A stretch of DNA of 64,000 nt from an uncultured Thermoleophilia bacterium (GTDB lineage: Bacteria; Actinomycetota; Thermoleophilia; UBA2241). The stretch is taken from the NCBI GenBank assembly GCA_963831295.1, contig CAWHPR010000004.1:2026-66025 (forward strand), read 5' to 3'. Below, piece after piece: positions 9,424 to 19,371 of this stretch; the stretch's first letter is position 1; each line of letters opens with the position of its first letter. Both the position numbers and the translations under genes were made by a program. Below the pieces are notes generated by a model. That model searched no databases, had not been told where the DNA came from, and was given only the letters and a program-made list of their open reading frames with translations.

Positions 9424-9764
9424 TCATGAGGATCGCCATACCCCTCAGCGGGGAGAGACTCTCCCCGCACTTCGGTCACTGCGAGCGCTTCGCCCTCGTG
9501 GACGTCGACCGCGCGGAGAAGAAGATCGTCGACCGGACGGACGTCGTCGCGCCTCCGCACGAGCCGGGGCTGTTGCCGGCCTGGCTGGCCGAGCATGGGG
9601 CGACGATGATCATCGCCGGCGGCATGGGGCAGCGCGCGCAGGGGCTGTTCACCAGCCAAGGCATAGACGTCGTCGTGGGAGCCGATGCGCGGACCCCGGA
9701 GCTGCTGGTAGCGGACTACCTTGCCGGCACACTCAGAGCGGGAGAGAACATCTGCGATCACTGA
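9420..9764 (+). CDS. NifX/NifB-C-terminal-like (dinitrogenase FeMo-cofactor biosynthesis family) small protein
   Basis: ATG at 9420 overlaps the upstream TGA (ATGA) and follows caggagg. Sequence MIMRIAIPLSGERLSPHFGHCERFALVDV...MIIAGGMGQRAQGLFTSQGIDVV. Confidence 0.8.
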   Translation: MIMRIAIPLSGERLSPHFGHCERFALVDVDRAEKKIVDRTDVVAPPHEPGLLPAWLAEHGATMIIAGGMGQRAQGLFTSQGIDVVVGADARTPELLVADYLAGTLRAGENICDH

Positions 9765-9824
9765 AGTCGTCTCGTCGGCGGCCGAAGAGGCGCAGACATC
9801 CTGCGAATGGTGGGGAGCGCTGAT

Positions 9825-10059
9825 GTGAGCGCCGGCGACGCCCCGACTTCGAGTCGGTGTGTGCCGGCGGGCCTAGCGGCCGCGGCGTGAGAGCCAGGTC
9901 GCCTCGCGGACGAGCCCGTCGGAGAAGGCGAGCACCCGATTGCGCCCGGCGCGTTTGGCCGCGTACATCGCCCAGTCCGCCTTGTCGAGCAGTTCGTCCT
10001 TCGCGGCGGCGTCATCTGGGTAGGTGGCCACGCCGATGCTCACGGTCAGGGGACAGCTG
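9825..10059 (-). repeat. Direct-repeat copy B: the functional 3' end of the GGDEF gene plus 48 nt downstream
   Basis: See copy A. The offset between the two copies is 1943 bp. Confidence 0.9.
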
Positions 10060-12194
10060 TCGGCCGCGCTGTCGCGCTCCACCTCGAAACGGATCCGTTC
10101 GGCGACGGTCATCGCCCCGGCGCCGTCGGTGTCCACCAGGACGAGGACGAACTCCTCCCCTCCGTAGCGGGCCGCCAGGTCGATCCGGCGGCTGCAGGCC
10201 TCGGCGATGCGCCCGATGCGCCCGAGGGCGTCGTCGCCCGCCTTGTGGCCGTGGGCGTCGTTGTAGCTCTTGAACTCGTCGCAGTCGAAGAACAGCAGGC
10301 TCAGCTTGCTGCCGTGCCTGTGGGCGCGTTCGAGCTCCTCCTCGAGGCGCTCGTGCAGGTAGCGATGGTTGTAGAGCCCGGTCAGGCCGTCGGTGATCGC
10401 TTCGACCTCGGCCCGGCTGAAGCGGACGGCAGCCGACTGCAGCATCGCCGCGAGAATGTGAGATCGGTCCGGCACCTGTCGCTGACCGAGCATCGTCAGC
10501 GCAGGCGCATCGATGGTCACGGCCCCGACGACGGCGCCTTCCGGCGTGCGTATCGGTGCGATGCCGGATACCCAGACTCCGAAGTCGTCGGCGTTGAGGA
10601 CGTTGCCCTTGAGGCTCTCGCCGGCAAGCACTGCGGCGAGCTCGTCATGAGGCAGCCACGGGTCGCCGGGATGCGAGATCTCGCTCTCGCTCTCGCCCGT
10701 GTCGAGCACCGTGACGCACTGGTCGTCGATCATGGTGAAGCTCGTGATGAAGCGCACACCGGGGTTCTCCTTGTGCAGCACCCGCAGCGCCTCGACCATC
10801 TCGCGGTAGTCGGGGCGCGCTTCGTCGGCGCGGGTGCGCAGCAGAACGTGCTTGGCGGGATCGATCAGGTCCGCGGCACGGGCGGCCAGCGCGTTGACGT
10901 GCGTCCGCCGTCGTCGCAGGCGCGCCAAGGCGCGCAAGAACGCGGCCACCATGTCGGGGTCGAACTGCGTGCCTGAGCAGCGCCGCAGTTCGGCGAGGCA
11001 CTGCCGGTAGCTGAGGGCGCGGCGGTAGGGCCGCTCGCAGGACATGGCGTCGTAGCAGTCCACCACGCACAGGGCGCGCGCCACCCAAGGGATCTCCACG
11101 CCGCGCAGGTTGTCGGGATACCCGCTCCCGTCGAAACGCTCGTGGTGGTGACGCACGCCGGCCACGAGTTCGTCGTCGAACAGCGGGCGCACGATCTCGG
11201 CGCTGATGCCGGGGTGTTGGCGGACGAGCTCCCACTCCTCCGAGGTCAGCGGCCCCGCCTTGAGCAACACGCGGTCGGAGAGACCGATCTTGCCGATGTC
11301 GTGCAGGAAGGCCACGTTCTGCAACTCCTCCAGGCGGTCGTCGGGCCACCCCAGTTCGTTGCCCAGCAGGGACGCATAGGCGGCCACCCGGCCGGCGTGG
11401 CCGAGCGTGTAGTAGTCCTTGGCGCTCAGGGCTGAGCTGAGGGCGCGCAGATTGCCGAGGTGGAGGCGCCGCACCTCCTCGTAGAGCTGCGCATGCTCGA
11501 GCGCCAGGGCCACGAGCTTCGCGACGGCCTCGGCGACCGAGATCTCCTCATCGGCGAAGCCGCGCTCGACGTGGTCGAGCAGCTGGACGGCGCCGATCAC
11601 CTTGTCGCGGGCGATCAGCGGCAGGGAGATGAAACTGTGCTGGTGCGAAGCGAGGTAGATGTCGCGTTCGATCGCCGCAAGGCGGGGGTCGTCCACGGTG
11701 CTGAACGTGACGGGCCGGCGCGTCTCTATGGCGAGGCGGATGGACCCCCACTGGTCGAGGGCCAACTCGCGCCCCGCCCAGGCCTTGTCGAGCACTCCGT
11801 CCGTGCTGGAGGCGACGCAGATCAGCGTGTCGTCGCCGGCCAGCCGGTAGATGTCGCAGTCGGGAAGCTCAAGGGCCGCACTCAGACGTCGCGCTGCCGA
11901 CTGCATGACTTCGTCGAGATCGAGGGTGGAGGCCAGCTCGAGACTCGTGTCGAGCAGCAGTTGGTAGCGCTCCTCGGCGTCGCCGGGTCGCGGCTCGGGC
12001 CGGCCCTCGTGGGCCGCCGGCGCCACGACCGCCTCGAGGTCGTCGAGCAGGAAGCGTCGCTGGCCGCTTGGCATGCGCCGGCTGACCAGCCGGCCGCTGT
12101 CGGCCCAGCGGCGCACGGTCGTGGCGCTGACGCCGAGAACGTCTGCCGCGTTCTGCACGCGCAACCACGCAGGCTGTGTGGGGGCTGCTCTCAT
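9873..12194 (-). CDS. Multidomain c-di-GMP protein: excisionase/MerR-type HTH, GAF, HD-GYP, sensor domain, GGDEF
   Basis: 773 aa. HTH LRVQNAADVLGVSATTVRRWADSGRL. HD-GYP motifs HDIGK and HHERFDGSGYP. GGDEF domain TGLYNHRYL...RYGGEEFVL. Confidence 0.85.
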   Translation of the reverse strand: MRAAPTQPAWLRVQNAADVLGVSATTVRRWADSGRLVSRRMPSGQRRFLLDDLEAVVAPAAHEGRPEPRPGDAEERYQLLLDTSLELASTLDLDEVMQSAARRLSAALELPDCDIYRLAGDDTLICVASSTDGVLDKAWAGRELALDQWGSIRLAIETRRPVTFSTVDDPRLAAIERDIYLASHQHSFISLPLIARDKVIGAVQLLDHVERGFADEEISVAEAVAKLVALALEHAQLYEEVRRLHLGNLRALSSALSAKDYYTLGHAGRVAAYASLLGNELGWPDDRLEELQNVAFLHDIGKIGLSDRVLLKAGPLTSEEWELVRQHPGISAEIVRPLFDDELVAGVRHHHERFDGSGYPDNLRGVEIPWVARALCVVDCYDAMSCERPYRRALSYRQCLAELRRCSGTQFDPDMVAAFLRALARLRRRRTHVNALAARAADLIDPAKHVLLRTRADEARPDYREMVEALRVLHKENPGVRFITSFTMIDDQCVTVLDTGESESEISHPGDPWLPHDELAAVLAGESLKGNVLNADDFGVWVSGIAPIRTPEGAVVGAVTIDAPALTMLGQRQVPDRSHILAAMLQSAAVRFSRAEVEAITDGLTGLYNHRYLHERLEEELERAHRHGSKLSLLFFDCDEFKSYNDAHGHKAGDDALGRIGRIAEACSRRIDLAARYGGEEFVLVLVDTDGAGAMTVAERIRFEVERDSAADSCPLTVSIGVATYPDDAAAKDELLDKADWAMYAAKRAGRNRVLAFSDGLVREATWLSRRGR

Positions 12195-12362
12195 CGCCGG
12201 GGTTATCGGCCGCCGCAGGCCGGTTCTTGACCACTACTTCCATCGGAGCGCGGTCGCGACGGCGATGCGACGAGCGACCGGCCCAGTGCATCGGGGGCTG
12301 GGGCGCCGGGCTAGGGCATCGGGGTGGCCTCGTATATGGTAGCCGCAGGAGGGTAGACCACC

Positions 12363-13466
12363 ATGACACCGATCCCCGCGCTTCCGTCACTCACGATCAA
12401 GGGCGTCCGTCTCCCCGTGCCGATCGTCCAAGGCGGCATGGGGATCGGCGTTTCCCTCAATCCGCTTGTCAGCGCCGTGGGCAGCGCCGGAGGGCTCGGC
12501 CTGCTGTCGAGCGCCGGCCTGGACCGGATCGTCTCCCAGCGCCTGGGACGCACGCTCGATACCTATGCGGCCGTGCGTGAGGAGGTCGCGGCCGCCAAGG
12601 CCGGAGGCGGCTGTGCCGGCATCAACATCATGGTCGCCCTCCAGCGTGACTACGAGGCCTCGGTGCGCGGCGCTATCGACGCCGGGGTCGACGCCATCGT
12701 CTCCGGCGCGGGATTGCCGCTCTCGCTGCCGGACATCCGGCCGTCGGGAGACACCGCTCTCATCCCCATCGTCTCGTCCGCTCGCGCTCTCGATCTGATC
12801 TGCCGGCGCTGGGAGCGCCAGCACTACCGCCCGGACGCGGTGGTCCTCGAGGGACCGCTCGCGGGCGGGCACCTCGGGTTCCGGATGGATCAGATCGACC
12901 TCGAGGAGAACAGGCTCGAGCGGCTCCTGCCGCCGGTGAAGAGCGTGGCGCAGGCGCGCGGCGACTTCCCGGTCATCGTCGCCGGGGGTATCTACGACCA
13001 CGCGGACATCCGCCGCTTTCTGGCGCTCGGCGCCGACGCGGTGCAGCTCGGCACGCGCTTTCTGGCGACCGACGAGAGCAGCGCCAGCGACGCGTACAAG
13101 CAGGCAGTGGTGCGAGCCGGGCCGCAAGACATGCTCGTGGCGTACGCCCCGGGCTCACCCTGTCGCCTGCCGTTCCGCGTGCTGCGAGAGTCGCCGATGT
13201 ATCAGTCGGCCCTGGCTCGGCGACGCAAGCCGAAGTGCGACAAGGGCTACGTGCTCGTCAAGGACGACGCGGGCCGGTTCACGCATTGCCCGGCGAAGTA
13301 CGACAACGAGCGCGACTTCTGCATCTGCAACGGCCTCTTCAGCAGCACGGCTGCGTACGAGAGCGGCGAGGAGGAGCCGCTCTATACGGCGGGCACGAAC
13401 GTGTGCAGGGTGGACCGCATCGTCCCCGTCCGCGAGCTGATGGCAGAGCTCACGGGGGTCGTGTAG
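12363..13466 (+). CDS. Nitronate monooxygenase / FabK-like FMN-dependent oxidoreductase
   Basis: PIVQGGMGIGVS, EGPLAGGHLGF, VIVAGGIYDHADI and GADAVQLGTRFLAT are typical of the NMO (2-nitropropane dioxygenase) family. Confidence 0.8.
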   Translation: MTPIPALPSLTIKGVRLPVPIVQGGMGIGVSLNPLVSAVGSAGGLGLLSSAGLDRIVSQRLGRTLDTYAAVREEVAAAKAGGGCAGINIMVALQRDYEASVRGAIDAGVDAIVSGAGLPLSLPDIRPSGDTALIPIVSSARALDLICRRWERQHYRPDAVVLEGPLAGGHLGFRMDQIDLEENRLERLLPPVKSVAQARGDFPVIVAGGIYDHADIRRFLALGADAVQLGTRFLATDESSASDAYKQAVVRAGPQDMLVAYAPGSPCRLPFRVLRESPMYQSALARRRKPKCDKGYVLVKDDAGRFTHCPAKYDNERDFCICNGLFSSTAAYESGEEEPLYTAGTNVCRVDRIVPVRELMAELTGVV

Positions 13467-13706
13467 GGGGCGTGATCGCGCCGCCCCCGGCTCAAGCACC
13501 TCTCGACAGCTGCGAATCGGCACTGCCGAGTTGGTGCTATCCTTAGAGCAGGTTCACCGAGTGTTCGGCACCAATCGCCCCCGGTCCGACGACGAGCTCG
13601 CGCGTCTCCGCGCCCCGCAGGGTATCGCGTGTCTGGCGAGTCGTCTGCAGCGTCTTTCTGAGCAGGCCGCTGGCCGTGACTCGCAACGAAGAGCAGGAGA
13701 CGTCGA

Positions 13707-14828
<1,122 letters not shown>

Positions 14829-14846
14829 GGTTCCGCCCCGCCGGCG

Positions 14847-16934
14847 CTACTCCTCGGCGGTCTCCGCCTTCGTCCAGCGCCGGCCCGGCCAGCCTGCCTT
14901 GGGGCCGATCGCCAGCGTCAGCCCCGGCACCAGCGCCGTGCGCACGAGGAAGGTGTCGATCAGCACGCCGAGGGCGACCCCGATGCTGATCTCCACGAGG
15001 TCCTTCACCGGCTGCGACAGCAGGATCAGGAACGTCCCCGCGAGGATGATGCCCGCGCTCGTGAGCACCCCGCCCGTCGCCGTGAGCGCCTTCACCGTGC
15101 CGTCTCGCAGTCCCTCCTTCATCGCCTCGCTGCGGATACGCGTGGTGATGAAGATGTTGTAGTCGCTGCCGAGGGCCACGAGGAAGATGAACATGTACAG
15201 CGGGATGCGGTAGCTGATGCGCTCCCAGCCGAACAGCACCTCGGTGATGAAGATGGTCGCGCCCAGCGCCGCCAGGTACGACAGCAGGTTGGTGAGCAGC
15301 AGATAGAGCGGTGCGACAAGGGCGCGCAGCAGGGCGGCCAGGATGACGCCGACGACGACGAGCGCGACGACGGCCACGACGATGGTGTCGCGGTTGGAGA
15401 GGGCCCACGTGTCGGCCTGGATGGCCGTGGGCCCTCCCACCAGGGCGACGCCGCCGCCGACGGCCGCCGTCTCGCGCGCCACCTGCCGCAGTTCGCCTAT
15501 CTGCTGCAGTGCCTCCTTGGAGTAGGGATCGCCCTCGAGGATCACCTGGAAGCTCAGCAGCCTGCCGTCGTCCGCCGTGCCCGTGGGGAAGGCGGCGGCG
15601 ACGCCCGGCGCCTCGTTCAGGGCGCCGGTGATCATGCCGGTGACGAACTCCGGCGGCGCCTCCGGCGCCTTGATGAGCACGGTCGTCGGCGCCAGCGCGC
15701 CCTTGGGGAAGTGCCGTTCGAGCAGTGCGTAGCCCTGCTTGGACGGCATGTCCTTCAGGAAGTCCTCGGTGAAGCTGAACCGCGGGCTGTAGAGGAGCAC
15801 GCCGCAGGCAAGGACGACGAGGAGGGCCGCGACGACGGCGGCGGAACGCCGCGGGGCCGCGGCCACGCTCTCGGCGACGCGACGCCACGTGCGATGCTCG
15901 TCGGCGTCGCCCCTGCGCGGCACCCGCGGCCAGAAGGCGCGGCGGCCCAGCAGCGCGAGCAGCGCCGGCATCAGCGTGAGGCCGGCGATGAGCGTGACGA
16001 AGACGCCGAGACCCAGCACCGGCGCGAAGCTGCGGTAGTCGCCGTAGCTGGCGAAGAGCAGCGTCAGGACGGCCAGCGTGACCGTGAGCCCGCTGGCCGC
16101 GATGGCCTCCCACGTCTCGGCGAGCGCCGTGGCGAGGGCGACGCGCGCGTCGCTCTCGCGGCGCAGCTCCTCCCGGTACCTCGAGATGAGCAGCAGGCCA
16201 TAGTCGGTGCCGGCGCCGAACAGGAGGATCACCATCAGCGACGTGGCCTGCGCGGACAGCGTCGCGTCCGTCGCCTTGGCGACGAGCGCGAGGATGCCGC
16301 CGGCCACGAAGTAGCCGAAGCCCACGGTGACGAGCGGCACGAACGGGAGCACCGGCGAGCGGTAGATCACGAGCAGCAGCACGAGCACCAAGATGACCGT
16401 GCCGGCGAGCAGCTTGACGTCGGCGTTCATGAAGATCTGGTAGACGTCGGTGATGAGCCCGCCGGGGCCGGTGACTCGCACCTCCATGCCCGCGACGGTG
16501 TCGCCGAAGTGGTCGCCGATGCTCAGCACCGACTCGCGGAAGCTCGCCTCGCCGGGCGTGCCGCCGAGGCTCGCGAAGATCAGCGCGCCCTTCCCGTCGT
16601 CGGAGTACTCGACCCGGGCGCTGCTGATGGGCTCCGCGCCGCTCGCGAGCCAGGTCTCGCCGTCCTCGATCGCCTGCTTCTGCTGCGCCGTGAGCGGCGC
16701 CGTCGAGCTGAACACGACGATGACCGGGGTACCCTCGGCGCTGGGGAAGGAGGCCTGCTGCAGCGCCTCGGCCCGCTTGCTCTCCAAGGACGCGGGGAGC
16801 GTCTTCGATGCGTCGTTCGTGGTCACGCTCTGGATGCTCGGCCCCACGGCCAGCGCGCCGGCGAGAAGCACCCACGCGGCGATGACGAGCCAAGGGTGCC
16901 ATCTCCGAGTGGACCAGGTGATCACGTTGCGCAT
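14847..16934 (-). CDS. MMPL-family (RND superfamily) membrane transporter
   Basis: Lies in ORF 14847-17054. Probable start is MRNVITWSTRRWHPWLVIAAWVLL. Two repeated 6-TM halves with large loops and MMPL-type TM-rich repeats. Confidence 0.8.
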   Translation of the reverse strand: MRNVITWSTRRWHPWLVIAAWVLLAGALAVGPSIQSVTTNDASKTLPASLESKRAEALQQASFPSAEGTPVIVVFSSTAPLTAQQKQAIEDGETWLASGAEPISSARVEYSDDGKGALIFASLGGTPGEASFRESVLSIGDHFGDTVAGMEVRVTGPGGLITDVYQIFMNADVKLLAGTVILVLVLLLVIYRSPVLPFVPLVTVGFGYFVAGGILALVAKATDATLSAQATSLMVILLFGAGTDYGLLLISRYREELRRESDARVALATALAETWEAIAASGLTVTLAVLTLLFASYGDYRSFAPVLGLGVFVTLIAGLTLMPALLALLGRRAFWPRVPRRGDADEHRTWRRVAESVAAAPRRSAAVVAALLVVLACGVLLYSPRFSFTEDFLKDMPSKQGYALLERHFPKGALAPTTVLIKAPEAPPEFVTGMITGALNEAPGVAAAFPTGTADDGRLLSFQVILEGDPYSKEALQQIGELRQVARETAAVGGGVALVGGPTAIQADTWALSNRDTIVVAVVALVVVGVILAALLRALVAPLYLLLTNLLSYLAALGATIFITEVLFGWERISYRIPLYMFIFLVALGSDYNIFITTRIRSEAMKEGLRDGTVKALTATGGVLTSAGIILAGTFLILLSQPVKDLVEISIGVALGVLIDTFLVRTALVPGLTLAIGPKAGWPGRRWTKAETAEE

Positions 16935-17066
16935 CCGTCCCCTTCCGTCGCCGCACGATCCCGTGCGCGGTCGGCGTGATTCTACAGGCTCTCTTCGCGC
17001 CGCGTTCCGCGTCATGAGCGCCTGGCGACTCGCTTGATCCTCGCCGGGCGGCACGCGGCAGTTGCG

Positions 17067-17156
17067 TACTTGGCCGCCGTGGGCAGACGTCGTATACTTG
17101 GTGGTACTTCCTTTGTCGTCTACTTGCTTGACTGGCCAATAACGGGCCGGATATCG
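17067..17156 (+). promoter_or_regulatory. Four TACTTG(G) direct repeats followed by a promoter-like CTTGACT-N17-ATATCG, upstream of the corrinoid protein gene
   Basis: Boxes at 17067, 17095, 17104 and 17121. ttgact at 17128-17133 and atatcg at 17151-17156. The same layout and the atatcgttgg sequence recur at 19243-19275. Confidence 0.4.
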
Positions 17157-17238
17157 TTGGCGACGCAGCCAACCTCTTGGCTGGAGTCGCAGTCGTGCCG
17201 GCGCCCGTCCGCGGCTGACGTACGTGAAGGAGGAGTCA

Positions 17239-17886
17239 GTGGCAGCCGAACTCTACGAACAGATGAAGCAGACCGTGATCGACGGTGAGGTCGAACTCGC
17301 CGAGGAGCTCGCCCAGAAGGGCCTCGACGCGGGCCTCCCCGCCGTCGACATCCTCGACCTCGGCTTCGTCAAGGGCATCGAGGAGGTCGGCGACCTCTTC
17401 GGCCGCGGTGAGTTCTTCCTGCCCGAGCTCGTCCAGGGGGCCGAGGCCATGAAGGCCGCGGTCAGCGTCCTGCAGCCGGCCCTCGACGCCGCCGGCGCCG
17501 GGCGCTCCTCGATGGGCGTCGCCGTCGCCGGCACCGTCGCCGGCGACATCCACGAGATCGGCAAGACGATCGTCTGCTCGATGCTCTCGGCGGCCGGCTT
17601 CTCGGTCACCGACGTCGGCTGCGACGTGCCGGTCGATGCCTTCATCGCCAAGGTCGAGGAGCTGAAGCCCGACCTCCTCCTGCTCTCGGCCCTCCTGACG
17701 ACGACGATGCCGAACCAGCAGAAGACGATCGAGGCCCTGAAGAGCTCGGGTCTCCGCGCGGGCGTCAAGGTCATGGTCGGCGGCGCCCCGACGACGCGCG
17801 CCTGGGCCGACGAGATCGGCGCCGACGGCTACGCCGAGGACGCGATCGAGGCGGTCGTCGTGGCGAAGACGATCCTGGGTCTCTGA
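17239..17886 (+). CDS. Cobalamin-binding corrinoid protein (methyltransferase cognate, MtbC/MttC/MtgC-like)
   Basis: GTG at 17239 follows gaaggagg. B12-binding DxHxxG motif AGDIHEIGK. N-terminal helical cap and LLLLSALLTTTM...VMVGGAP. Confidence 0.85.
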   Translation: MAAELYEQMKQTVIDGEVELAEELAQKGLDAGLPAVDILDLGFVKGIEEVGDLFGRGEFFLPELVQGAEAMKAAVSVLQPALDAAGAGRSSMGVAVAGTVAGDIHEIGKTIVCSMLSAAGFSVTDVGCDVPVDAFIAKVEELKPDLLLLSALLTTTMPNQQKTIEALKSSGLRAGVKVMVGGAPTTRAWADEIGADGYAEDAIEAVVVAKTILGL

Positions 17887-17893
17887 GCGGGCG

Positions 17894-18040
17894 ATGACGC
17901 CGCGAGTGACGACGAGCGTGTGGGACGAGAGCGCGTGCGCCAGAGCACATGAGGCGAGTCGCAGCGTGCTCGAGCGCGCCGGCGTCGAGGTCCCTCACGA
18001 GGGGGCGCTGGAGCTCCTCGCCGCGGCCGGCGCCGGCCGG
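17894..18040 (+). pseudogene. N-terminal remnant (about 49 codons) of a second MttB-family methyltransferase gene
   Basis: SVWDESACARAHEASRSVLERAGVEVPHEGALELLAAAGA aligns with TVWDGAACRRVHEATLDLLARVGVEVKYEPALELFRAAGA of the intact gene at 19372. The remnant is lost where the convergent regulator gene ends at 18048. Confidence 0.7.
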
Positions 18041-18047
18041 CCGCGGC

Positions 18048-19157
18048 TCAGCGCCCGGCGAGCTCGTCGAGAGGCACGCCGACCTGCTCCGCGACGAAGC
18101 TGAGCAGCAACTCGCGCACGCGCTGCACGTGCATGCCCGAGTAGCCGATCGCCGAGCGGAAGCTGAGGCCGTCCGACAGAGCCACTATCCGCTGCGCGAG
18201 CTCGTCCGGCGGGGCGACCGGGTGGAAGACGCCGGCCTGCGTGCCGTCCTCGATCGTCTTCTGGACGAAGCCGGTCCAGCGCGCGGACATCGCGACGCAG
18301 TCCGCAAGGAGCTCGGGGTGCAGGCGCACGCGTGCCCAGGTCTCGATCCAGAGCACGTACTCGTCGTGCAGGACACCCTCGAACGGCACCGTCATCTCGA
18401 GGACCCGGCGCAGAAGGACCATGTGGTCCCCGGTCTCTTCGCGGAGTTCTCCGAGCCAGCGGCTGGTGTGCTCGTTGGCCCACTGGAGGGCGGCGAGCAG
18501 CACCTCGTCCTTGGACTTGTAGTAGTAGTGGATGATGGCGCTCGAGACGCCGGCTTCGCGGGCGATGTCGGAGATCCGGGTCGCCGAAGGACCGTGTGCC
18601 GCGAAGGCGCGGCAGGCGGCCGCGCGGATGTGCTCGCGCGCCCGCGACGAGCGCTCCCGCGCCGGCGCGACGCCGCCGTCGCCGGGATCGCCGGCGATCT
18701 TCCAGAGGCGCTCGAGCAGGGCCGCGTCCGACGCGCCGCTCGCAGTCGCCTCCTCCACACGCTTCTTGATGCGCAAGGCGGTCTTGTAGCTGATGCCGAG
18801 CCGGTCGGCGAGCTCTCGCGGCGCGACGTGCCCCTCGCTGGCGAAGATGCGTGTGGCCGCGGTGAACCAGGTGGCCACGTTCAAGCCGGAACCCTGCATG
18901 AACGTCCCGGCGGTCGGATACACCTGGGTGCCGCAGTGGTCGCAGGCGTAGGCGCGCCGCCGCGAGACCCGGTGGAAGCGCCGCACGGTGCGGCAGTGCC
19001 GGCAGACGGCGCTGGCGCCGTCAGGCGCATACAGCGTGGTCCAGAGCCAGTGCACGCAGGCGGCCTCGTCGCCGATCGGCGCGAACACTGCGCTCGCGCC
19101 GTCGTCAGCGCCGCTCCCGCCCGCCACCGCTTCTCTCGCGTCGATCTCGCGCTCCAC
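18048..19157 (-). CDS. Fusion regulator: IS1595-type transposase zinc-ribbon/HTH N-terminus fused to a TetR/AcrR-family domain
   Basis: N-terminus CVHWLW..CRHCRTVRRFHRVSRRRAYACDHCGTQVYPTAGTFMQGSGLNVATWF plus LADRLGISYKTALRIKKRV. No DDE domain is present. C-terminus has the TetR HTH TRISDIAREAGVSSAIIHYYYKSKDEVL and a ligand domain. Confidence 0.7.
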   Translation of the reverse strand: MEREIDAREAVAGGSGADDGASAVFAPIGDEAACVHWLWTTLYAPDGASAVCRHCRTVRRFHRVSRRRAYACDHCGTQVYPTAGTFMQGSGLNVATWFTAATRIFASEGHVAPRELADRLGISYKTALRIKKRVEEATASGASDAALLERLWKIAGDPGDGGVAPARERSSRAREHIRAAACRAFAAHGPSATRISDIAREAGVSSAIIHYYYKSKDEVLLAALQWANEHTSRWLGELREETGDHMVLLRRVLEMTVPFEGVLHDEYVLWIETWARVRLHPELLADCVAMSARWTGFVQKTIEDGTQAGVFHPVAPPDELAQRIVALSDGLSFRSAIGYSGMHVQRVRELLLSFVAEQVGVPLDELAGR

Positions 19158-19178
19158 TCGACTCCTGCCCGCGCCCGG

Positions 19179-19271
19179 TTACTTGGCTCATCTTACAATG
19201 CCTGGACGTCACTTGTGAAGAGTATCATACGCGCATACATGCTTGACATGGTAGTCTGAGCGCGAATATCG
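19179..19271 (+). promoter_or_regulatory. TACTTG-like boxes plus the paralogous promoter TTGACA-N17-ATATCG in the divergent regulator/mttB intergenic region
   Basis: ttacttgg at 19179-19186, tcacttgt at 19209-19216, ttgaca at 19243-19248, atatcg at 19266-19271. Confidence 0.4.
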
Positions 19272-19371
19272 TTGGGGCGTCAGTCAGTCTGTTCGGGCGG
19301 GAGCGGCCCCCGAGGTCTCTTTCAGAGGCGGCCGTCCGTCGTTCGTGCGTGAGATCGGGAGGAGTCGGGGT

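Noticed and set aside
18048-19157. IS1595-family insertion sequence
   Set aside because: Only the zinc-ribbon/HTH N-terminus is present. There is no DDE transposase domain and I saw no terminal inverted repeats, and the C-terminus is a TetR module.
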